From: Paludibacter sp.
GTDB lineage: Bacteria; Bacteroidota; Bacteroidia; Bacteroidales; Paludibacteraceae
Direction: 5' to 3'
DNA length: 64,000 nucleotides
Assembly: GCA_019163375.1 (NCBI GenBank)
Contig: JAFLKK010000001.1
Coordinates: forward strand, 294,638 to 358,637
Shown here: in pieces, positions 30,594-39,188 of the stretch
How the letters are laid out: every line of letters begins with the position of its first letter
Position numbering within the stretch: position 1 is the first letter of the stretch
Made by a program: the position numbers and the translations under genes
The notes under the pieces: generated by a model
Told to the model about the DNA's origin: nothing
Databases searched by the model: none
Seen by the model: the letters and a program-made list of their open reading frames with translations, nothing else

Positions 30594-30770
30594 AAAGACA
30601 AAAGACAAAAGACAAAAGACAAAAGACAAAAGACAAAAGACAAAAGACAAAAGATGAAAGATGAAAGATGAATGACAACGGACAGCAGATAAAAGATAGA
30701 CGAACTGATTACTGATTACTGATTACTGTTCACTGATAACTGAAAAGATTACTGATCACTGAACGAATCA
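30594..30770. repeat. ~25 consecutive heptanucleotide units: (AAAGACA)8 (AAAGATG)3 ... (CTGATTA)3 CTGTTCA CTGATAA CTGAAAA ...
   Basis: Counted by hand: AAAGACA x8 at 30594-30649, AAAGATG x3 at 30650-30670, CTGATTA x3 at 30705-30725. Lies between the EamA start and the prmC stop. Confidence 0.9.
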
Positions 30771-31590
30771 TTCTGTTATTACCCGAAATATCTTTTCGCA
30801 ATTCAATTTCCGAGAAACCCAACGAAGCGAGTAATTCCACACATTCCTTTCCGTAGTCGCGATGGATTTCGAAATATAGTTTTCCATTCGGGTTTAATTG
30901 CTTTTTTGCAAAAAGTGCAATGTGACGGTAGAAAAGTAGAGGGTCATTATCCGGTACAAACAAAGCCAGATGGGGCTCATGCTCCAGTACATTTGCTTCT
31001 ATCTCGCTTTTTTCCAACTCAGGAATGTAAGGTGGATTGCTGACGATAATATCCCATTTCTTGCTTTGATCCGCCACGTTTAGAATGTCGACTTTCGAAA
31101 ACTCAACGTCCAGTTTATTTAACCCGGCATTGCTGCGAGCTGTCTCTAGCGCTTTGTCCGAGATATCAAAAGCCTCGACTGTCGCATTTGTAAATTCATG
31201 CTTCAATGCAATGGCAATGCAGCCGCTTCCGGTTCCAATATCCAAGATGTTCAAGGCCTCGCTGCGGTTATTTTCGGAGCGAATCCAATCCACCAATTCC
31301 TCTGTTTCGGGGCGGGGAATAAGTACCGAATCGTCTACCATAAATGGGAGTCCGTAAAACTCCGTTTCACCCAAAATGTATTGAATTGGAACGTGTTTTT
31401 TCAACAATTCGATAAAACTTTCAATTTCATGACGTTGTATATCAGAAAAAAGAGTATTTTTGTTAAGGATAATTTGAGTGCGCGAATAACCGGTTAGCTT
31501 TTCGATGATCAGATTCGTGAAGCTTCGGATTTCCGTTTCGGGATATAGTCCCTGAAGTTCCGTTTGAATATGGATAATAGAGGATTGCAT
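30730..31590 (-). CDS. prmC: peptide chain release factor N(5)-glutamine methyltransferase
   Basis: SAM motif DIGTGSGCIAI and catalytic NPPY (VSNPPYIP). The track start at 31608 overlaps a promoter-like TGCAAAGATA, so ATG 31590 is preferred. The last ~12 codons read into the heptamer tract. Confidence 0.88.
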   Translation of the reverse strand: MQSSIIHIQTELQGLYPETEIRSFTNLIIEKLTGYSRTQIILNKNTLFSDIQRHEIESFIELLKKHVPIQYILGETEFYGLPFMVDDSVLIPRPETEELVDWIRSENNRSEALNILDIGTGSGCIAIALKHEFTNATVEAFDISDKALETARSNAGLNKLDVEFSKVDILNVADQSKKWDIIVSNPPYIPELEKSEIEANVLEHEPHLALFVPDNDPLLFYRHIALFAKKQLNPNGKLYFEIHRDYGKECVELLASLGFSEIELRKDISGNNRMIRSVISNLFSYQ

Positions 31591-31675
31591 AGTGCAAAGA
31601 TAACTCAAATGTGCTAATATGACAATAATGCAATGTGCTAATTGGAAACATTGCGTTAATTACTAATTGTGAATT

Positions 31676-32725
31676 ATGAATTATGAATTAAAGTACATGC
31701 ACCGCTGCCTGCAGCTGGCACAATATGGTGTTAGTTACGTGGCGCCAAACCCCATGGTAGGGGCGGTGTTGGTCATTGACGACAAAATAATTGGCGAAGG
31801 GTATCACCAACGATTTGGCGAACCGCATGCCGAGCCTAATGCTATTCATTCGGTGAAAGACAAAGAATTGCTGAAAAGTGCCACTTTGTATGTCAATCTG
31901 GAGCCTTGTTCGCATTATGGTAAAACACCGCCATGTGCCGATTTGATAGTGAGGAGTGGTATTCCGAGAGTGGTCATCGGCACGCTCGATCCGAACCCGA
32001 AAGTGGCAGGACGAGGAGTGGAAATACTTCGCAATGCCGGTATTGAAGTGGAAGTTGGGGTGCTGGAAGAAGAATGTCGGGAATTGAATAAGCGTTTTTT
32101 TATTTTTCAAGAACAACAACGTCCTTATGTTTTGTTGAAATGGGCACAGACCCACGATGGCTTTATCGACCGAAAACGGACGGATGTTTCAGAACCGCCG
32201 CTGATTATTTCGAATAATATCACCCGACAACTGACGCATCAAATGCGCTCCGAAAACCAGTCGATAATGGTAGGCTCCAATACGGTTTTGTTGGATAATC
32301 CGTCGCTTACAGTGCGCAATTGGTCCGGAAAATCGCCTATCCGTGTGGCGCTCGACAGGCAAGGACGTATTCCGGAAAATTCAAATTTGCTGGATGGAAG
32401 TGTACCGACCATTGTTTTTAGCGAGATAGAAAAACCAAATAAGACCCATTTGGAGTTCGTAAAAGTTGATTTTGAGAATGATGTTTTACCCACTATTCTC
32501 CAAAAACTGTACGAACGAAATATCCATTCTGTTTTGGTAGAAGGCGGTGCGCAGTTGTTGACCAGTTTTATTCAATCGGGGCTTTGGGACGAAGCAAACG
32601 TTGAGGTCTCGCCGGTTATAATTAATGACGGCATTGCTGCTCCGTTACTACCGTTGCAACCTTCGTGCTGTAGAACATTCGAGGGTCATGAATGGTTATT
32701 TTACACCAATATAAGAAAAAAATAA
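31676..32725 (+). CDS. ribD: bifunctional diaminohydroxyphosphoribosylaminopyrimidine deaminase / 5-amino-6-(5-phosphoribosylamino)uracil reductase
   Basis: 349 aa. CMP/dCMP deaminase zinc motifs HAEPNA and PCSHYGKTPPC, plus a C-terminal RibD reductase domain. Confidence 0.93.
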   Translation: MNYELKYMHRCLQLAQYGVSYVAPNPMVGAVLVIDDKIIGEGYHQRFGEPHAEPNAIHSVKDKELLKSATLYVNLEPCSHYGKTPPCADLIVRSGIPRVVIGTLDPNPKVAGRGVEILRNAGIEVEVGVLEEECRELNKRFFIFQEQQRPYVLLKWAQTHDGFIDRKRTDVSEPPLIISNNITRQLTHQMRSENQSIMVGSNTVLLDNPSLTVRNWSGKSPIRVALDRQGRIPENSNLLDGSVPTIVFSEIEKPNKTHLEFVKVDFENDVLPTILQKLYERNIHSVLVEGGAQLLTSFIQSGLWDEANVEVSPVIINDGIAAPLLPLQPSCCRTFEGHEWLFYTNIRKK

Positions 32726-32856
32726 ATATTTGTTTGCCTAAGATATATAAGTCAGAATAATCAAACGTAGTTGATGATTTTTTTACACACTATTCAGATC
32801 AGCAGACTTGTAACCCGTAACTATTTACTTGTAACTACATAAATTGTTAGCTATCG

Positions 32857-34287
32857 ATGACTCGATTACTGTTTTTTGTTTTTTTAGCTGTATATATTTA
32901 TACATTGATAAGTATTATCTCTGTGTTGTTGCTCGAGAACAGAAATCCCGCGCGTTCTCTTTCGTGGGTCCTGGTATTGCTGTTTGTTCCGGTGCTCGGC
33001 ATGTTTTTCTATGTGCTTTTTGGGCAGGATTTGCGTAAAAAGAAAATCATATCCAAAAAAAGTATCCGTCGCGTAACCGACAGACCTGTTGCTTCGTTCG
33101 ATATTAGCAAGTTAGATGCCGGTTTGATGAGCGATAATCAGCTGAACCTCATTAAGATGCTTTACAAGAACAGCGATGCTGCCGGATATGCATATAATAA
33201 AATAGAAATTCTACCTACCGGTGAAAGAACTTTTGATGCCGTTTTCAATGCCATTCGCAATGCTAAAGAGCATATTCATATTGAGTTTTTTATTTTTGAT
33301 GATGATAAAATATCTAACCAATTGCGCGAAATACTCATTCAAAAAGCTAAGGAAGGCGTTCGGGTGCGTATGATCTACGATTATTGGGGGAGTTTTGATT
33401 TGTCTAAAAAATATCTCAAATCATTGCGGGATGCAGGCGTGTATGTCTGTTCGTTTTTGCCGTTTCGTTTCCGTTTCCAGTTTTCCAGTAGTCGCATTAA
33501 TTATCGTAATCACCGCAAACTGGTTATTGTTGATGGAAAAATTGGTTTTACAGGTGGCTTGAATGTGGCCGACCGCTATATTTATGGAAATACGCTTGGT
33601 AAATGGCGCGACACTTTTGTCAGTTTTGAGGGCGCTGCGGTTCATGGGTTACAGTTGCTGTTCCTGGTGGATTGGTATTTTGTAGAAAGGAAACTGATTA
33701 CTGATGAGAAATATTTTCCCACCCCCGAAGTTTTTGATACAAATATGGTTCAGATAGTGAGTAGTGGTCCTGATAGCGACTGGGAAGCCATCATGCAGGG
33801 CATTGCTTCGGCTATCATGTCGGCCACCAGGTATATCTATATTCAATCGCCCTATTTTATGCCCAATGAAGTGATTGCGTCCTGCATTCAAATGGCATCG
33901 CTGAGTGGGGTGGAAGTGAGGCTGATGATTCCGTTTCGTTCCGACTCGCGACTGTCCGACGCAAGTACCTTTAGTTTTCTTGGGCAGGCGCTCGAAGCGG
34001 GTGTGCGTGTTTTTCATTACAAAAACGGATTTTTGCACAGTAAAGCTATTGTTATCGATGACTCAATATCTATTGTTGGCTCCTGCAATCTGGATGAACG
34101 GAGTTTTGTGCATAATTTTGAGGCCAATGCATTTATCTACGAGACTAAAACAGCCTTAAAGCTTAAAGATCTTTTTGTAAATGATATGGAAAATTGCGTT
34201 GAATTTACATTAGAAGCCTGGGTAAACAGAAAAAGACGGCAGAAACTAAAAGAATCATTTGCACGACTTTTCAGCCCGTTGATGTGA
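32857..34287 (+). CDS. cls: cardiolipin synthase
   Basis: 476 aa with two N-terminal TM helices and two HKD motifs (HRKLVIVDG, HSKAIVIDD). Confidence 0.93.
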   Translation: MTRLLFFVFLAVYIYTLISIISVLLLENRNPARSLSWVLVLLFVPVLGMFFYVLFGQDLRKKKIISKKSIRRVTDRPVASFDISKLDAGLMSDNQLNLIKMLYKNSDAAGYAYNKIEILPTGERTFDAVFNAIRNAKEHIHIEFFIFDDDKISNQLREILIQKAKEGVRVRMIYDYWGSFDLSKKYLKSLRDAGVYVCSFLPFRFRFQFSSSRINYRNHRKLVIVDGKIGFTGGLNVADRYIYGNTLGKWRDTFVSFEGAAVHGLQLLFLVDWYFVERKLITDEKYFPTPEVFDTNMVQIVSSGPDSDWEAIMQGIASAIMSATRYIYIQSPYFMPNEVIASCIQMASLSGVEVRLMIPFRSDSRLSDASTFSFLGQALEAGVRVFHYKNGFLHSKAIVIDDSISIVGSCNLDERSFVHNFEANAFIYETKTALKLKDLFVNDMENCVEFTLEAWVNRKRRQKLKESFARLFSPLM

Positions 34288-34293
34288 TTTTTG

Positions 34294-34377
34294 GACAAAA
34301 GACGAAAGACAAAAGATAAAAGACGAAAGACAAAGGTCAGCAGACAGCAGAATAAAGACAAAAGAGGAACGATAATT
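34294..34377. repeat. 12 heptanucleotide units (GACAAAA GACGAAA GACAAAA GATAAAA GACGAAA GACAAAG GTCAGCA GACAGCA ...)
   Basis: Begins 7 nt after the cls stop. Same unit family as 30594 and 22186. Confidence 0.85.
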
Positions 34378-34500
34378 TAAATAAAATTGAGGAGCAGAGC
34401 CGGAAAGAGAGGGCTAAACAAAGATTTTAAGCGAAAAAAAAGGATTGAAATTTTAGTGCAAATAATAGGGTTTATATTTTTCAGGAATTAAATTTTTTGT

Positions 34501-34508
34501 TACTTTTG
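34501..34508 (+). promoter_or_regulatory. -7 promoter box TACTTTTG for tRNA-Pro
   Basis: TAnnTTTG match 18 nt upstream of the mature 5' end of the tRNA. Confidence 0.5.
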
Positions 34509-34525
34509 TGCCACTAAAAAAATAG

Positions 34526-34601
34526 CGGGATGTAGCTCAGCCCGGTTTAGAGTACTGGTCTGGGGGACCAGTGGTCGCAAGTTCGAATCTTGTCATCCCG
34601 A
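34526..34601 (+). tRNA. tRNA-Pro (anticodon GGG)
   Basis: Folded by hand: acceptor CGGGATG/CATCCCG, U8-A9, D stem GCTC/GAGT, anticodon stem CTGGT/ACCAG with loop CUGGGGG (GGG anticodon, G37), variable loop TGGTC, T arm GCAAG-TTCGAAT-CTTGT, discriminator A. No encoded CCA. Confidence 0.9.
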
Positions 34602-34649
34602 CTGCTATTTATCAAAGGTTTACACGAAAGTGTAAACCTTTTTTATTTG
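34558..34649 (+). repeat. attL: left direct repeat of the island (3' 44 nt of tRNA-Pro plus its terminator)
   Basis: 92 nt, identical to 56730-56822 except for one extra T in the T-run of the right copy. Confidence 0.9.
34614..34646 (+). terminator. rho-independent terminator of tRNA-Pro
   Basis: AAAGGTTTACAC-GAAA-GTGTAAACCTTT followed by a T-run. Duplicated at 56786-56817. Confidence 0.8.
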
Positions 34650-35102
34650 CTACTCTACCGTTTTTCTACCCTTTTTGAGCGATTTAAATATAATAAAATA
34701 CAAATCGAGTGATTTGTAACTCGCTTTGGCTCAATTCGAAACTAAATTTTCAAAAGTGATTATCTCGCTTATTATCGCACATTTTTCATTGCTTGGATAT
34801 GTAAGGTAGCTTATCTTCATTGCAGCGCTATATGAGTCTCTAAATGAGTTTGTATGCTATTTGCATTTGAAGTCTATGCTTGCAATAATGATAAATAAAG
34901 TATATAGTTGTTGTGAAAATTTCATGAAGACATCTCCATTTTCTAATCTGAAACTAAATAGAATATCGGTTTTAATTCTTAGGGTTCTTAAGCGCATTGA
35001 AATTCAGTATTTAGCATTATTTATATATTTATAACATTATCATTTATTTAGTATTTTTGTAATAGAAATTTGACTTAATGAATTTCGTTAATACTTATTA
35101 TT

Positions 35103-35921
35103 ATGGCAAGGCAACTTGGACATGTAAAGTACGGAGGTACTATCGGCGAAATTCGCCATTTCAAGATTAAAGGTATGAAAGGCAATTTTGCCGGTTTAAA
35201 AGGAGGAGCAACAGGTGATCAAATTAAAAATGATCCGGGCTTTGTGAGAACACGTGAAAATATGAATGAGTTTGGTGGTTGTGCCAATGCAGGGCGTTCT
35301 GTACGAGTAGGATTGAATATGCTTATGAAACAAATGAGTGATTCACAATTGACTGGTCGATTAACTGGGATTATGAAGAAAATCAACTTGGAAGATCAAA
35401 CAGAAGCTCGTGGATATCGTGCAATTTTGATTTCTACACAAGGTAAGTATTTACAAGGGTTGCATTTCAACAAAAACGTTAGTTTTGACAGTTCTTTCTT
35501 GCCTCTTGTAAACTTGACAAACTCAGGTGATGCTGTAAGTTCCACCATGGAAATTGCACCATTCAATCCAATGAATAGTGTAATTGCTCCTGCAGGTGCT
35601 ACTCATTTCCGTTTGATTAATGCATTATCAGTTATTTCGGATTTTGCTTACAATGCAACTACTGGCATTTATGAGGCAATTGAGCCATCATTAAATGAGC
35701 TTTCGAATGTTGCTTATTCGGATTATTTGGATTTGAAGACTGAAATTACTGCACCAACATTAATTGAAAGTGCCCTTCCAGGAGCACCACAATTGACAGG
35801 AAGTACAACTGTTTTGAATTCTGTTGGTATTGAGTTTTATCAACAAGCTGGTTCAGGGTATTATTTGCTAAATGCAGGTCATGCTTTAAAAATTCAAAAC
35901 GTAGTTTTACCAGTTTCTTAG
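35103..35921 (+). CDS. hypothetical protein (272 aa), the only plus-strand CDS in the island
   Basis: Clean ORF with a TATTTTTG box at 35052-35059 and a terminator at 35977-36007. No recognisable catalytic motif. The N-terminus MARQLGHVKYGGTIGEI...VRTRENM vaguely recalls small conserved Bacteroidota proteins of unknown function. Confidence 0.65.
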   Translation: MARQLGHVKYGGTIGEIRHFKIKGMKGNFAGLKGGATGDQIKNDPGFVRTRENMNEFGGCANAGRSVRVGLNMLMKQMSDSQLTGRLTGIMKKINLEDQTEARGYRAILISTQGKYLQGLHFNKNVSFDSSFLPLVNLTNSGDAVSSTMEIAPFNPMNSVIAPAGATHFRLINALSVISDFAYNATTGIYEAIEPSLNELSNVAYSDYLDLKTEITAPTLIESALPGAPQLTGSTTVLNSVGIEFYQQAGSGYYLLNAGHALKIQNVVLPVS

Positions 35922-35976
35922 GATTCCAGTAAAAAAAGCCTCCAATTATAACATTGAGAAAATGTTATATTTCAGA

Positions 35977-36007
35977 AAAGGGTGTTCCGCAAGGATCACC
36001 CTTTTTT
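35977..36007 (+). terminator. rho-independent terminator
   Basis: GGGTGTTCC-GCAA-GGATCACCC (one mismatch) followed by TTTTTT. Confidence 0.75.
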
Positions 36008-36025
36008 AGTTGTTATGCACAAAGG

Positions 36026-36033
36026 TATTTTTG
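36026..36033 (+). promoter_or_regulatory. -7 promoter box TATTTTTG at the start of the ORF-free region
   Basis: TAnnTTTG match directly after the terminator and directly before the four CTTATGTA repeats (36045-36088). Confidence 0.35.
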
Positions 36034-36039
36034 TCATGA

Positions 36040-37626
36040 GTGCACTTATGTAGGGCTTATGTATGACTTATGTATGCTTCATGTATGGATAGCGGTGTTA
36101 GAAATTTGAGGTCGTTAGAAGCCATGAAATGGCTAAAAATGCTCAGTTGTAAAAATCCTCGTTGAGTTACGTAAATTCTAATCCAGATAAAAACTACTTC
36201 ACATACAAAACCAAAGGTAAACCACTCTTTCTGCACGCGCAGCGTAAACCATCTTTATTTTTCTTTTTCCGAAGTATTATTATGTCGCAAAATAAGAAGA
36301 CGGTAGTAATCCACATTATATTGCACGTAGTGCCAAGCACGTTCACAAAGAATGAAAAGCGATAAATGCCCCTCATAAAAAGGGGCTGGGGTTTTCATTG
36401 TTTGTATTCCGCTGTCCCCTATTGGTCAAAAGCGGTTCGGGAAAAACCACATTGATAAATTTACCTATTTTTGCCGAACGGCTTTTGCGGGGCATTAAAG
36501 TCAACTCGTCACATTTCTTACTTGGTTTTATTTAAACCAAGCAAGGTATGTGTACCGTTCTGCCTATTTGAAAAATGGTTTTGATAAGCTATTCGGTTAT
36601 CAATATCATTTATATGCGATATTGGCGGAACGCCTTAAAACGCAAGCTTTGCTTGTATTCATTCTTTCCTTACTGCCTATTTGGCGTTTATCTTTTTTGG
36701 GGCTAACTCGTCGCAGGGAAAGAAAAATATACCATTGGGTTAGCGTTGGAAAAAGCATAGGTGGCGAGGAAACGGAATGGCACAAGGCGTTGGGGAATGG
36801 AATGGAGTTTAACTGGTTGCTTTTGTGGGAGGAAGGTTGCAAATTTTGCAAGGTTTTCAACGTGGGTGGATAAGCAACCGTTGAACGAAATGGAATGACA
36901 GCGTGGATTTGTGGCATGGAGTGACTAAACCACTTATGCTGTGGGGTGCTGAGGTGGGTGAAATGAACGAAAGCGGAATGAAGTGTAAGGAATCGTAGTG
37001 AATGAGTATTTCGAAATGAATGTAGAGTCTGGAACGAAATGAGCAAAGAGAATGAACCGACTGCAAGCACATGGAAATAAAACACGATATGTTTTTCTTT
37101 TCACTGCGCAACTGTTGGGTGGTGGGGAAATCTTGAGGTTTTATATTGCCGGAACGGCTAAACAACTCACCGATTAGGTGTTTTATTCTTTCCGCTCTCC
37201 CTTTAGGGGCTTATTCTTCGGGCAGCGGAGCGGGACAAAGCGTTGATTTTGTGCGGCTATTATACATAATTTGGTTATGGGCTTCCCTATTGATTTGCCG
37301 TCAGGCAAGGGAACGACCATAACTACATGTTATGTATAATAGCTTTGAGTTGTTTTTTTTCTGGCGCAAGTGCAGTACGGTGGTGGTGGTTGGAGTGCAA
37401 ACGTCTTTTTTGCCTTTTGCAAAAAGTGTGACAGAAAAAAACAACAGAAGGGTGGATTGTGCGGAAGCCGACAAAAAGACCGTGCAAGCCCAGAGGAACG
37501 AGGGGCGGGGATTTTTGGCGGCTGGGGATTGCCCCGTGGAGCTGCCCGTAATTTACTTTCAGGTGAAGCCTGACCGCATTTTTGATAAATACTCTTCGTT
37601 TGATTTGAAGTGTGGAAATAAAAAAA
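36040..37626 (+). ncRNA. candidate long non-coding transcript, or a decayed remnant (ORF-free, G-rich on the + strand)
   Basis: No credible ORF in 1.6 kb. G:C is about 3:1 over 36781-37080 (98 G, 34 C by hand count), with 8 GAATG copies, several hairpins, and promoter-like and terminator-like elements at the ends. Strand and ends are inferred only. Confidence 0.25.
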
Positions 37627-37653
37627 ATATCCTACTTGTAATTAGTAGGATAT
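37614..37653 (-). terminator. rho-independent terminator of the Panacea-associated operon
   Basis: Perfect 10-bp stem ATATCCTACT/AGTAGGATAT (37627-37653) abutting the stop codon. On the - strand it is followed by an 8-T run. Confidence 0.85.
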
Positions 37654-38141
37654 TAAATAAGATTATATTTCTTTTTTATTTTTGGCTCAATGGTTTCTGA
37701 ATTTTTTATGAGTTTTAATGCATCGACAAAGTCTGATTCAGATAGTAGGCCTTTATCTTTGCCATCTGATTTAAGTCTTGTTCTGTCGATTGGAAATAAT
37801 TGACTACAATCTAAAGTGCTTTTATACTTTAAAAAATGTGGATAATCTTTTTGCAGTAAAGGATATTGAAGATCGGAAAGTTCAGTCGTAAGTTCATTTG
37901 ATTCAGAATTAATAAGAAAAGTAGCATATAGATAGCGGTCGTTGTCATTAGAAATAATTACAACATATTTTCTTCTTGTATCGTATTTTCCCTTTAATAT
38001 TAAACCATCTTCTTCAGATAATATAATTTCAATTATCCTTCCTGGAACTAATTTTTCATCAGTGACTTTTTCTTTTTCTTTTTGCTCAATGACCTTGTCC
38101 ATTTTTAATTTTTCGAGCACTTTCTTCCAATCAGCAACCAC
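37653..38141 (-). CDS. hypothetical protein, candidate toxin partner of the Panacea-domain protein
   Basis: 162 aa. Overlaps the upstream DUF4065 gene by 11 nt. The segment PGRIIEIIL...RRKYVVIISND...YATFLINSE loosely resembles the PemK/MazF-type SH3-barrel pattern (weak). Confidence 0.6.
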   Translation of the reverse strand: MVADWKKVLEKLKMDKVIEQKEKEKVTDEKLVPGRIIEIILSEEDGLILKGKYDTRRKYVVIISNDNDRYLYATFLINSESNELTTELSDLQYPLLQKDYPHFLKYKSTLDCSQLFPIDRTRLKSDGKDKGLLSESDFVDALKLIKNSETIEPKIKKKYNLI

Positions 38142-38703
38142 CTTTCAGAGATATATTTAAAATATGCATGTTGCGTATATAATCCAACATTCCATCTGTT
38201 GCATTATCAGCTTTAGCTATCTCCAATATGGTCATACGATCATTTTCTGGGTCTACCATTCTACTTTTACTTGCACTTAACCACGCTGCATCATGTGATT
38301 TTTTAGACAATAGATAAGATTTCTTATCCTTGCATTTTTCAAAAGAATAATCTAAACATTTAATATCAGAAACTGATAATTCGTCTAAATCAGGTTCTAT
38401 CTGAGAAAAAACGATTTTATTCTTGATTTCTATACCAGAAATAAATGTTTGAACATCATCAGAATTCTGATTGTTTTTATTCTCCAAAGCTAGAAAAGCG
38501 TTGTATGCAAATGACGGAACTGGGCCGTGCTGTTTTGCATGAAAAGTTTCGTTAATTATAACTCTGCCATAGGTTGATAGGTGTCTTTGTTGGGCAAAGT
38601 AAATAATTTTGAAAAGTTTTATATAGTCTACACCTTCTGGAAATTTGTTTAGAATGTACAGAACGGTGGCTCTAATCTTTAATAAATCGTCTTTAGACTT
38701 CAT
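38131..38703 (-). CDS. Panacea (DUF4065, SocA-like) domain protein, putative antitoxin
   Basis: 190 aa. KLFKIIYFAQQRHLSTYGRVIINETFHAKQHGPVPS matches the DUF4065 core pattern as I recall it. Confidence 0.7.
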   Translation of the reverse strand: MKSKDDLLKIRATVLYILNKFPEGVDYIKLFKIIYFAQQRHLSTYGRVIINETFHAKQHGPVPSFAYNAFLALENKNNQNSDDVQTFISGIEIKNKIVFSQIEPDLDELSVSDIKCLDYSFEKCKDKKSYLLSKKSHDAAWLSASKSRMVDPENDRMTILEIAKADNATDGMLDYIRNMHILNISLKGGC

Positions 38704-38802
38704 TTTATTATAATATTTAAGTACTAATTTAGAGATTTCTAACTAATACTAACTTAAAAATCACATTTTGAACTAATGATTTTTTCCTTTAAAATCGGTG
38801 TG

Positions 38803-38810
38803 CAAAAGTA
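38803..38810 (-). promoter_or_regulatory. -7 promoter box (CAAAAGTA) for the Panacea operon
   Basis: Reverse complement of TACTTTTG, 100 nt upstream of the ATG at 38703. Confidence 0.35.
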
Positions 38811-39136
38811 AGTCAATTTATTTCTAATAACAAAGCATTTTATATAAAAGTTTTAATGTGTTTTGTTATTTAGAATTTTCTCAAATAATAAATTTTCAAT
38901 CATCATGGAATCAGGTAATTGAAAATAAATGAATAAGAAGAATGAGCAACGGGGAAATAATAACCTTTGTTGTGCAACAATTCAGCAGAATCAAGATTTA
39001 TTTCTGCTTTGCTTTGGAGTATGCTCATAAATTGGCTGCAAAAGTAATACAATTCTCAAAGGTATGAAAATATTTTAGAATAAACAAACGTAAAACTTGT
39101 GCTAATGGAAGTATTTGAATTAAAAATAGTTGCAAA

Positions 39137-39164
39137 ATACGCAGTCTCTTTTGAAACTGCGTAT
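39137..39164 (-). terminator. putative terminator after 39189-39725
   Basis: ATACGCAGT/ACTGCGTAT 9-bp stem, followed on the - strand by a short T-run. Confidence 0.5.
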
Positions 39165-39188
39165 AACAAACAGAAATTTAAACATTGA

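Noticed and set aside
30577-30678. N-terminal extension of the EamA ORF (MSFIFHLSSFVFCLLSFVFCLLSFVFCL...)
   Set aside because: It is encoded entirely by the (AAAGACA)n heptamer tract. A normal start (MIKMHKNHPW) lies at 30576.
34137-34361. 74-aa minus-strand ORF (MSLFCCLLTFVFRLLSFVFRLLSK...)
   Set aside because: It is a translation of the heptad tract after cls and overlaps the cls 3' end.
36381-36400. GGGGCTGGGG as a possible tmRNA 5' end; also retron, DGR or group II intron RNA in 36.0-37.6 kb
   Set aside because: No tRNA-like acceptor/T-arm pairing or tag ORF could be found for a tmRNA. The island has no reverse transcriptase gene, so retron, DGR and group II intron explanations lack their essential partner.
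36550-37165. Three mutually overlapping ORFs (36550-36873 +, 36606-37085 -, 36857-37165 -) in the ORF-free region
   Set aside because: They overlap on opposite strands and translate to repetitive strings (for example TLHSFRNTHSLRFLTLHSAFVHFTHLS) generated by the GAATG repeats. They have no starts with promoter context, so the region is treated as non-coding.
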